Shown here: piece by piece, positions 25,107-32,000 of the stretch
How the letters are laid out: every line of letters begins with the position of its first letter
How positions within the stretch are numbered: position 1 is the stretch's first letter
DNA from: Pyrodictium abyssi
Lineage (GTDB): Archaea > Thermoproteota > Thermoprotei_A > Sulfolobales > Pyrodictiaceae
Assembly: GCF_036323395.1 (NCBI RefSeq)
Contig: NZ_AP028907.1
Span: forward strand, 1,890,001-1,922,000
Length of the DNA: 32,000 bases
Direction of reading: 5' to 3'
Position numbers and translations under genes: made by a program
Notes under the pieces: generated by a model
What the model was told of the DNA's origin: nothing
Seen by the model: the letters and a program-made list of their open reading frames with translations, nothing else
Database searches by the model: none

Positions 25107-25749
25107 GGAGCTGGCAGCACTAAGAATGGCTAGGATAAACGTACGCGAACTGGCGCACAAGTTTAGGAGCATAATAACCGAGATAGACTCTGTGCTATCG
25201 AGGAGAGAGGAGGCTAGGGACAGCCTCATAAAATCCGGTAGGGACATCATAAAGATGTCAGGATGGGCCATTAACGCTCTGCACCGGGGGCTTATAGAGG
25301 AGGCCCGAGGCTACATGGAAGAGATGGATAAACGCGTAAGGGACTTCATAAAGCTAGCCTCAGACGATAGCTTTCTACGCGAGAGCGGTTTCGTGTACAA
25401 CGTGCTCTCAGAGTATGTGGAGGCGAAGGTATTCTACAGTATAGTGGTTGAGGGCGACATACCGAGCCACCATGACCTGGGTGTGGCAGAGGTACCGTAC
25501 CTCCAGGGCGTTGGTGACGCACTAGGTGAGCTACGCCGGCTCGCACTAGACCTAATGCGGGTAGACAGGCTCGAAGACGCGGAAGTAATCCTTGAGCTGA
25601 TGGAGGCGCTCTACTACGAGATGCGTGCTCTAGAGTATCCGGACGCACTAATACCCGGTGTCCGGCACAAAGTAGACGTTGCCCGGCGCTTAATTGATGA
25701 CACTAAGTCACTCCTTCTAAGTATAAAAGCTAGGAAAGGGTGCCAATAG
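25099..25749 (+). CDS. Translin-family protein
   Basis: YLQGVGDALGELRRLALDLMRVDRLEDAEVILELMEALYYEMRALEYPDALIPGVRHKVDVARRLIDDT matches the translin C-terminal consensus (YL.G..D..GEL.R......gd...a.......m..iy..l........LR.K.D). Confidence 0.75.
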   Translation: MSKELAALRMARINVRELAHKFRSIITEIDSVLSRREEARDSLIKSGRDIIKMSGWAINALHRGLIEEARGYMEEMDKRVRDFIKLASDDSFLRESGFVYNVLSEYVEAKVFYSIVVEGDIPSHHDLGVAEVPYLQGVGDALGELRRLALDLMRVDRLEDAEVILELMEALYYEMRALEYPDALIPGVRHKVDVARRLIDDTKSLLLSIKARKGCQ

Positions 25750-25752
25750 AGC

Positions 25753-26088
25753 ATGTACATAGAACGTATGGATCCTGTTGAAGCCTTCAAGCTGGTTTTC
25801 TGCCGCTATCTACTCGATCGCGGCGACATGGTACTATCTATGGCGAGGACGACGGGGCAAAAAACACTGAAAATAGCTCTCTATGGGCTTTGGAGGCGCC
25901 ACGAAGCCGAAGAGACAGGATACCTACAGTTCATGGACATAGTGGAAGAGCTGAAAGATTGTGATGAGTGTCTCCGGAAGCTGGAAGAGATCGGGATAAT
26001 AGAATTCGCAAACGTTGACAACGAACCATACGTAATAGTAGATGTAAACAAGCTAGACAAGTTCATGAAAGAATGTATGAGTGAGTAG
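25753..26088 (+). CDS. Hypothetical protein (111 aa), possibly winged-helix-like
   Basis: It starts 4 nt after the translin stop, so it is probably co-transcribed. Composition is protein-like and no motif was recognised. Confidence 0.5.
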   Translation: MYIERMDPVEAFKLVFCRYLLDRGDMVLSMARTTGQKTLKIALYGLWRRHEAEETGYLQFMDIVEELKDCDECLRKLEEIGIIEFANVDNEPYVIVDVNKLDKFMKECMSE

Positions 26089-26247
26089 GCGCGTCAATAA
26101 CACAGAGATGCGCAACCATAACCAAGCCTTCTAAACCACTCATGGGTAAATGAGAGCGCTATACCGGGTGAGTAGCCCGAGAGCGGGTGGTGAGGAATGG
26201 AGCAGTGCGCTTGGGGGTTTGAGCGCCGGTGGGAGCTGACAGTTGTG

Positions 26248-26335
26248 TGGCGCCGGGGGCGGGATTTGAACCCGCGCGGGGTGGACCCCCACCGGCTTAG
26301 CAGGCCGGCGCCCTACCAGGCTAGGCGACCCCGGC
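26248..26335 (-). tRNA. tRNA-Ser (anticodon GCU), long variable arm, CCA encoded
   Basis: The reverse complement reads GCCGGGG TC GCCT AGCCTGGTA GGGC G CCGGC CTGCTAA GCCGG TGGGGGTCCACCCCGC GCGGG TTCAAAT CCCGC CCCCGGC G CCA (88 nt). Confidence 0.95.
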
Positions 26336-26396
26336 ATCCATTTTATGGTACACGAGGGGATATAGGTGGTTAAATCCTTTTCTCAGTTGGGGTGAT

Positions 26397-27137
26397 GTGC
26401 ACGCGTTGGCCGAGCCATCGTGGCCTCCGCGTATAGTCCTCGAAAAGATTGCTAGGCACATCGCTGGGGAAATAGTGATGAGTGAGCACCCGGGTAGTGT
26501 GCTACGGAAGTGGCGCGAGATATTCGCAGCTAGCCAGCTAGACGTTGCCAGACACATGGGCGTGACACCTAGCGTTATCAGCGACTATGAAAAGGGCCGT
26601 CGAACCCCCGGCTCGCTGTTCATAAGGAGGTTCGTAGAAGCGCTTCTAGACATTGACAGCGAACGTGGATGGAGCGTAGTTTCCCGCCTTGCCAAGATGC
26701 TGCAGCTGAACTACCTTGGCGCAGTCATTGATATGCGGGAGTTCGAGGCAGGTGTATCACTTGAGGAGGTTATAACTCGTGTGAAAGGCTTCCCCGTCAA
26801 CTCCTATCTTCTTGACGAACGTATCTACGGCTACACGGTCATAGATAGTCTCAAGGCCATTATGAGCCTAACTGGGAGCGAGTTCCTCCACTTGCTTGGC
26901 TCGACAACGCAGCGTGTAGTAGTGTTTACAAGAGTTACGACCGGCAGAAGCCCCATGATAGCGCTGCGCGTGTCCTCGATAAAGCCAGCAGCTATAGTGC
27001 TTCATGGGCCGCGTAAGCTCGACTACCTGGCGCTGTGGATGGCGGAAAACGAGAGAATACCGGTGATACTGAGCATGGCTAGGGACGTAGACGAGCTCGT
27101 TATGAGCCTTCGGCGGCTCGCCTCCTCTCCTCGATAA
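26397..27137 (+). CDS. XRE-type HTH transcriptional regulator with a C-terminal domain of about 170 aa
   Basis: LRKWREIFAASQLDVARHMGVTPSVISDYEKGRRTP is a classic HTH_3 (Cro/C1) motif. The true start may be the internal MSEHPGS. Confidence 0.7.
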   Translation: MHALAEPSWPPRIVLEKIARHIAGEIVMSEHPGSVLRKWREIFAASQLDVARHMGVTPSVISDYEKGRRTPGSLFIRRFVEALLDIDSERGWSVVSRLAKMLQLNYLGAVIDMREFEAGVSLEEVITRVKGFPVNSYLLDERIYGYTVIDSLKAIMSLTGSEFLHLLGSTTQRVVVFTRVTTGRSPMIALRVSSIKPAAIVLHGPRKLDYLALWMAENERIPVILSMARDVDELVMSLRRLASSPR

Positions 27138-27486
27138 GCATTATTGCTGCCGCTATGTCGCCCTCCGCTTCTTCGAGTGCGCGTCTCGCCTCCTCTAGGC
27201 TCACACCCGTCTGCTCTGCTACTAGCCTTACATCCTCCTCGCTGAAGGAGAGTGCTTCTTCGGGTTTCTGCGCCTCCCTCTCTTCAACGCGCTGGGCCAT
27301 TACCTGCATCATTATAGCTCCGCCCGGCATCTTTACTACTACGGCTTGCGGCGCTACCAGTACTAGTTCTTTGCCATCTCTCTGGCGTACTATGATTTCC
27401 TCAGCCTCGATGGCCTCTACATCAACATTCTTTAGCCCAAGCCTCTTTAGCTGCTTTTTTAAATCGCTGGGGCTGAACCGGAACAT
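27100..27486 (-). CDS. nac: Nascent polypeptide-associated complex protein (archaeal NAC, NAC + UBA domains)
   Basis: KKQLKRLGLKNVDVEAIEAEEIIVR (NAC domain) and EEDVRLVAEQTGVSLEEARRALEEAEGDIAAAIMLI (UBA domain). Confidence 0.88.
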   Translation of the reverse strand: MFRFSPSDLKKQLKRLGLKNVDVEAIEAEEIIVRQRDGKELVLVAPQAVVVKMPGGAIMMQVMAQRVEEREAQKPEEALSFSEEDVRLVAEQTGVSLEEARRALEEAEGDIAAAIMLIEERRRAAEGS

Positions 27487-27691
27487 GCCAAGACAGCACC
27501 TCCGGAGCTTGACTCCAGCTACCTGCTTCCCGGCATCGCTGTGTAGGATGACAAGCCATTATAGTATATAATGGTTGGTTTGTATCACGCGTTTAACGGG
27601 GTTACCACCATTCGGGACAATGTACGAGATACGCATCCAGCTAGACTACTAGGCTATGAGTGTCCCTAGTTGACAGAGGTGGATAGAGAAG

Positions 27692-28969
27692 TTGGGTGCG
27701 CCGGTAATAAGGATACTAGGAGGAGGCAAAGAAGTAGGTAGAATGTCTGTACTATTAAGGCCTGACAATAACGAAAAGCGGGGTATACTGCTAGACGCCG
27801 GAGTAAACTTCGATGAAGAAGATAGGCCAGTATTCGCAGCGACCTACCCGCCAAAGTATGTCGACGCTATAGTGATGAGCCACGCCCATCTAGACCACAT
27901 AGGTACAGCGCCTATGTACTTCATCTCCGGAAGCCCCAAGGTCTACGCTACACGGCCAACAGCACAAATGGCCAAGCTAATGCTCGAGGACTTCCTAAAG
28001 CTAAATGGCTACTACTCACCATACGAGCATCGGGAAGTAAAGGCCCTCCTTGACGCCACCGAGTATGTACGATACGGACAACGCATAGACATAGACGGTG
28101 TCGAGCTCTCAGTGTACTCTGCAGGCCACATACCTGGCAGCGCATTCATAGTAGTGGACGTTGATGGCACAAGGATAGGATTCACAGGCGACGTAAACAC
28201 TATAGAAACCAAGCTTATGAAACCAGCACATCTCGACGCCATAGGGAAGCTAGACGTCCTGATAACAGAAGCAACGTACGGCTCATCTCTGCACCCGCCG
28301 CGAGCTAGGGCAGAAGAAAGGCTACTCGCAATAATCGAGGAGGTTGTGGACCGTGGAGGCACAGTACTCATACCGGCTTTCAGTATAGCTAGAGGACAGG
28401 AGATAATGATGATACTTGCTGAACACGACCCAGGCGTACCAGTATACGTAGATGGAATGATAAGAAAGGTAACAGAGATATTCCTTGAAAACAGCGAGTA
28501 CATAAACAACCCTGGACTCCTACGCAAGGCGTACAACGAGTTTAACATAGTCAGAGGATGGCGCGATCGCAATAGAGCCTGGAAACACCCAGGCATAATA
28601 ATAGCATCGGCAGGAATGCTAAAAGGCGGGCCAAGCCTTTACTATCTTAAGCGTATTGGCGGGAACCCAAGAAACGCCGTCATACTAGTGAGCTTTCAGG
28701 CTCCTGGCTCCCACGGCCGCCGGGTAGTAGAAGAGGGGCTGATGCCGGGAAGCGAGGAGCCTGTGAGAGCACGCGTGGAATGGCTTGACTTCAGCAGTCA
28801 CGCCGACCGTAGAGGCTTGCTAGAAATAGTTAGGTCGACCAAACCAAGGAAGGTAGTAATAATACATAGCGAGGAGGACGTTGCACAGAAATATGCAGAG
28901 CGTGTACTAGAGACCGGCATACCAGAGAATGTAGTCATTGGCGAAAACAACGCGGAAATAGAGATCTAG
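27692..28969 (+). CDS. Metallo-beta-lactamase/beta-CASP ribonuclease (aCPSF2-type, no KH domains)
   Basis: ILGGGKEVGR, the HxHxDH motif MSHAHLDHIG, GHIPGS, TEATYG, and the C-terminal beta-CASP/motif C SSHAD. The protein is 425 aa. Confidence 0.88.
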   Translation: MGAPVIRILGGGKEVGRMSVLLRPDNNEKRGILLDAGVNFDEEDRPVFAATYPPKYVDAIVMSHAHLDHIGTAPMYFISGSPKVYATRPTAQMAKLMLEDFLKLNGYYSPYEHREVKALLDATEYVRYGQRIDIDGVELSVYSAGHIPGSAFIVVDVDGTRIGFTGDVNTIETKLMKPAHLDAIGKLDVLITEATYGSSLHPPRARAEERLLAIIEEVVDRGGTVLIPAFSIARGQEIMMILAEHDPGVPVYVDGMIRKVTEIFLENSEYINNPGLLRKAYNEFNIVRGWRDRNRAWKHPGIIIASAGMLKGGPSLYYLKRIGGNPRNAVILVSFQAPGSHGRRVVEEGLMPGSEEPVRARVEWLDFSSHADRRGLLEIVRSTKPRKVVIIHSEEDVAQKYAERVLETGIPENVVIGENNAEIEI

Positions 28970-29174
28970 GCTCCACAATAGCTTTTACGAGGATGCACAT
29001 GCTTTTGTACTAATCTCGCAGTACCCTCTGTTAGCACGTATGAGTGCAGGCTTCTACTTGTACTGATCGGCCAGCATTAGGAGCGTTATAGATTTGTAGA
29101 GAGGTTTGCAATCAAGTTCTGTGGAAACGTTAAGGCGTTGCAAGACAGGGGTGGAGGATAGGAGGCCCGGGCGG

Positions 29175-29334
29175 TGGTCCCGCCGCGGGGATTCGAACCC
29201 CGGACCGCCCGGTATCTGCCTCCCAGGCCCCTGTGCCCGACGCGCCCTCATCCAACCCCCGTTGGGGGTGTTGGGCGCGTGGGGGGCCTGAGCCCCACCT
29301 ACAGCCGGGCGCTCTGCCGCTGAGCTACGGCGGG
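29175..29334 (-). tRNA. tRNA-Tyr (anticodon GUA) with an 85-nt intron at the canonical 37/38 position, CCA encoded
   Basis: The reverse complement gives exon 1 as CCCGCCG TA GCTC AGCGGCA GAGC G CCCGG CTGTAG (29334-29299). The intron is 29298-29214. Exon 2 is A CCGGG CGGTC CGGGG TTCGAAT CCCCG CGGCGGG A CCA (29213-29175). The C1:G72 pair is the archaeal/eukaryal tRNA-Tyr identity element. Confidence 0.85.
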
Positions 29335-29381
29335 ATCCCCAGTGGACCGCCATGTATAGTCGGGGGTGAGAAGAGGCCCGT

Positions 29382-30323
29382 TTAATAACGTTTTCCGTCT
29401 TGGTCTGTTAGCGTTGCCGTGCTGCTGCAAACTTCGAACACGTTAGCGTAGTCTGTATACTGTGTCAGCACAATACATGTATCAATCTCATAGTCTCTTG
29501 CAATCTTTGGCAGAAGATTTACTGGAAGGTCAACGGGCTCTACGAGGATTATTGCGTCTGGATTATACTCTTCCAGCGCAGTTACCAAGCCAACAATCTT
29601 ATCACTAACATATAGTCTACTACCTAGCTGCTTCACTATAGCATTGTTTATATCTATGCCCGAGATAACATTCTTGAAGTCAACAACTAAAACACGACGT
29701 CCGTTGCCTAAGAGATTAATTACATCCCTAAGTAGGACTGGTAATGTGTCCCTCTCAGCATATATGCTACAGCAGCTTGGCGGCCCTTCTCTACTGCCCG
29801 ACTTACTAGCGCAAGGCAATGCCATTATACCTTCCATATACGAGTTTATCATATCTATAATATCGTTATAGGAAATTGAAGGCACCTCTATATATAGCAC
29901 GGCCTTGGGAGGTGAACCCTCTATAGTGTATGTTAACCTTTTACATGAAAAGGAAAGTCTACGCAGTATATATTCTAGGTTACGCGTATCATTTAGTAAG
30001 ATACTCTTAGGAATAATTCGTGAAGACACCAACTCTATACAGATGGTACTCCTCTTCCTATAGCGACTAAAGAATGCAACGGCTAAAACAAACAAACTTA
30101 GAAGTACGTATGCATGTTCATGAAATCGTCTAAGAGGCTGCACTACTGCTAATATGGGGATCCCGAGCCCGTTCGCTAATAGTAGAGCGGCCACGGCTAA
30201 GGGGAGAAGGGCGTGCCTTCTCAAGCCCAGCTGTTCCCGCAGCATAGTCTCTGATTGACGTAGCAGATAGAGAGGGTTGAGCGAAAGCTCTGTACAAAGC
30301 TTGAGACTAACGACAAGCCACAA
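29382..30323 (-). CDS. Orphan membrane-anchored protein (2 N-terminal TM helices plus a soluble alpha/beta domain of about 220 aa), low G+C
   Basis: TM segments ALLPLAVAALLLANGLGIPILAVV and AYVLLSLFVLAVAFF. The C-terminal domain has Rossmann-like strand patterns (RRVLVVDF, DAIILVEPVD, TCIVLTQY) but no Walker A. My hand count of two 60-nt lines gives 37% and 47% G+C. Confidence 0.55.
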   Translation of the reverse strand: MWLVVSLKLCTELSLNPLYLLRQSETMLREQLGLRRHALLPLAVAALLLANGLGIPILAVVQPLRRFHEHAYVLLSLFVLAVAFFSRYRKRSTICIELVSSRIIPKSILLNDTRNLEYILRRLSFSCKRLTYTIEGSPPKAVLYIEVPSISYNDIIDMINSYMEGIMALPCASKSGSREGPPSCCSIYAERDTLPVLLRDVINLLGNGRRVLVVDFKNVISGIDINNAIVKQLGSRLYVSDKIVGLVTALEEYNPDAIILVEPVDLPVNLLPKIARDYEIDTCIVLTQYTDYANVFEVCSSTATLTDQDGKRY

Positions 30324-30381
30324 ACATTATACATGCAAAGAATACGGCAATGTGTTTGTAATGGCTGTAATTATCTTCTGC

Positions 30382-30747
30382 CTAGGCTCTCGAGACTTTC
30401 ACGTAGACCTTCTCGGTCGGTGTAAGCTCTAGCTTCTCGCTAGCTCTTATTATGAAGAGTAGGCCGCCTATAGAGATCAGTACGGCTTTCTTACCACCCT
30501 CGTCTTTCATAGTAACCACGGTGCCACGTCCCACAAAGTCCTCCCCATCCTTATACTCGGGGAGACTCCTGGATACAGTTACCTCAACCTCTGTTCCGGG
30601 CTCATAGACTACAAGGTCCTTATGGAGGTCCATCTCTACCTCGTAGTTACCGTCTAGGCTCTTTATCCGTGCCAGAAACATCTTAGGTATAAGCTCTGGC
30701 TCAACGGACTCGACTCTTCCTTTGAACTCCACTATGGTGTCTGCCAA
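30382..30747 (-). CDS. rpo8: DNA-directed RNA polymerase subunit Rpo8 (RpoG), Crenarchaeota-type
   Basis: DFVGRGTVVTMKDEGGKKAVLISIGGLLFIIRASEKLELTPTEKVYVKVSR aligns by eye with Sulfolobus RpoG DFCGHGYIVTEL...ITIISLFGLLVKIISNKE...VYFCVKK. Confidence 0.6.
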   Translation of the reverse strand: MADTIVEFKGRVESVEPELIPKMFLARIKSLDGNYEVEMDLHKDLVVYEPGTEVEVTVSRSLPEYKDGEDFVGRGTVVTMKDEGGKKAVLISIGGLLFIIRASEKLELTPTEKVYVKVSRA

Positions 30748-30886
30748 CCTCGTATTACACCCTGGCTGTATCGCGTGTATTAACAGAGCTAAAATTCTAC
30801 ACCCCTATGCTGCTAGCAATAGCGGCCCCGAATAGCCGTATTTAAAAATCCCAATTGATGCTACTAAGGGATGTGGTGCGGAAGTA

Positions 30887-31345
30887 GTGGCCTCAGTAAT
30901 GGCCCCTTCTGCGGCTAGGCGCTTGCTTGCCGAGCTCAACCACCTTGTAGGAAAACGCGTTGAGATAATACTCGTTGACGGGCGCAAGTATTCTGGGACG
31001 CTTCTCGGCTTCGACCATCCAGAGATGAACATAGTGCTCAGCGACGTTGAGGCCGGGGAAGAGAAAATACCCAGAGTATTTATAATGGGGCGGGTTATAG
31101 CCGAGATAAGAGCCTACGAGACAACACTGTTCGATCCACGCGAGTTCGCAAACTACGTGGCCAAGAAGCTAGGTCTCCGCCCTGATGCGATAAAGGTGTT
31201 CCAGGACGCAGGTGTAGTAGTCATATACAACAGCATCCGTGTAACCGCAAACGGTGTAGAAGGGGCGGGCCCTCTAGTGGCGAAGGTAAACTACGTGCTA
31301 AAGGAGTATCTTGAGGCTAAGAGGAGGGGAGAACAGCCCCATTGA
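30887..31345 (+). CDS. Sm-like archaeal protein with a C-terminal extra domain (SmAP3-type)
   Basis: Sm1/Sm2 pattern LNHLVGKRVEIILVDGRKYSGTLLGFDHPEMNIVLSDVEA...RVFIMGRVIAEI, followed by about 70 further residues, as in crenarchaeal SmAP3 (about 150 aa). Confidence 0.75.
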   Translation: MASVMAPSAARRLLAELNHLVGKRVEIILVDGRKYSGTLLGFDHPEMNIVLSDVEAGEEKIPRVFIMGRVIAEIRAYETTLFDPREFANYVAKKLGLRPDAIKVFQDAGVVVIYNSIRVTANGVEGAGPLVAKVNYVLKEYLEAKRRGEQPH

Positions 31346-32000
31346 GCAGGGTAGGAGTTTTTGAAATAAGGGACAAAGACCTAGCAGGTAGAATAGGTAG
31401 ACTTCATACGCCACACGGTGTGCTTGAGACTCCGGCGCTACTACCAGTAATAGACATAGCAAGGCAAGAGGTGCCAATCGAGGATATAGAATCCCTAGGC
31501 TTTAGAGCAGTTATAACCAACGCTTACCTTCTCTGGAAGCGTATGAGGAGTAGAGCTATAGAGCGCGGCGTCCACGGCATACTAGGCTTCAACGGCATAG
31601 TGATGACAGATTCTGGCGCATACCAGATACTACAGTATGGAAAAGTAGACATAAAGCCGCGCGACGTTATAGAGTTCCAGAAGAGTATAGGCAGCGACAT
31701 AGCCGTAATCCTGGACATACCCACTGGCAACGCGAGAGACCCGGAGCAAGCACGCTATAGCGTCGAGGAGACACTCAGACGTGCACAGGAAGCCCTAGAC
31801 CACATAGACGATGATAGAATATGGACTCTACCTGTACAGGGAGGCCCCTTCCGCGACCTACTCGAGAAAAGCGCCAGGGAGTCGGCAAAGATACCACGCT
31901 ACCGGCTATACGCTCTAGGAAGCCCAACAGTTCTCCTAGAGAGGTACGACTATGCAACACTAGTAGAAATGATATACACAGCGAGACTACACCTCCCGAG
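31342..32000 (+). CDS. tgtA: Archaeosine tRNA-guanine transglycosylase (ArcTGT). The N-terminal 219 codons are present; the gene continues past the window end.
   Basis: Absent from the ORF track because there is no in-window stop. My translation from TTG 31342 gives LSRVGVFEIRDKDLAGRIGRLHTPHGVLETPALLPVID...AVITNAYLLW...GIVMTDSGAYQILQYG...LDIPTG, which is the TGT N-terminal signature. Confidence 0.85.
   Translation, partial: MSRVGVFEIRDKDLAGRIGRLHTPHGVLETPALLPVIDIARQEVPIEDIESLGFRAVITNAYLLWKRMRSRAIERGVHGILGFNGIVMTDSGAYQILQYGKVDIKPRDVIEFQKSIGSDIAVILDIPTGNARDPEQARYSVEETLRRAQEALDHIDDDRIWTLPVQGGPFRDLLEKSARESAKIPRYRLYALGSPTVLLERYDYATLVEMIYTARLHLP

Noticed and set aside
28405-28422. C/D-box-like AATGATGA...CTGA
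   Set aside because: It lies inside the aCPSF2 coding frame, with no matching C'/D' boxes or terminal stem. Other TGATGA hits (13109, 17753, 24167) likewise lack partner boxes.
28012-28596. 194-aa minus-strand ORF
   Set aside because: It is antisense to the aCPSF2 beta-CASP gene and has a Ser-rich shadow composition.
29054-29353. 99-aa minus-strand ORF and 61-aa plus-strand ORF (29106..29291)
   Set aside because: Both lie entirely over the tRNA-Tyr gene and its intron.
29175-30380. SSV-type integrase-mediated insertion at tRNA-Tyr as the origin of the low-GC gene
   Set aside because: The low-GC gene abuts the 5' end of the tRNA, whereas such integrations normally target the 3' half. I found no duplicated tRNA fragment near 30324-30381 and no integrase gene. 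Only the compositional anomaly is retained as a finding.

Overview
The window looks like a gene-dense chromosomal core region of a hyperthermophilic crenarchaeon, possibly Desulfurococcales or Pyrodictiaceae-like. That placement is inferred from gene content: Rpo8/RpoG, a SmAP3-type Sm protein, bifunctional FBP aldolase/phosphatase, thermosome, superoxide reductase, and a C1:G72 tRNA-Tyr with a long intron. All family calls come from motif recognition by eye; no database search was run.

I support about 33 protein genes, 3 tRNAs (Arg-CCG, Ser-GCU, intron-containing Tyr-GUA) and an SRP (7S) RNA. Two of the genes run off the window edges and are missing from the ORF track: a large P-loop NTPase at 1..1826 (-) and archaeosine TGT at 31342..32000 (+). 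I found no CRISPR array, transposase, integrase or recognisable defence operon.

The loci not explained by ordinary housekeeping are:
- A cassette at about 16.87-18.49 kb. It has an ~840-bp ORF-free AT-rich stretch and an orphan 205-aa gene, bracketed by CTGTCAGGGT repeats and a CCTGTCAGG/CCTGACAGG hairpin.
- A ~85-nt (GAR)n/TGG tract at 20.6 kb. It is open in two frames, giving a 35-aa Glu/Trp peptide or an RGG-rich tail.
- A low-GC orphan membrane protein next to the tRNA-Tyr, which carries an 85-nt intron.
- A cluster of four GC hairpins just 3' of the SRP RNA.
- A co-oriented pair of a Zn-ribbon-fused KptA/Tpt1 and an atypical PAPS-reductase-family PP-loop protein.

None of these can be assigned a function from sequence alone.
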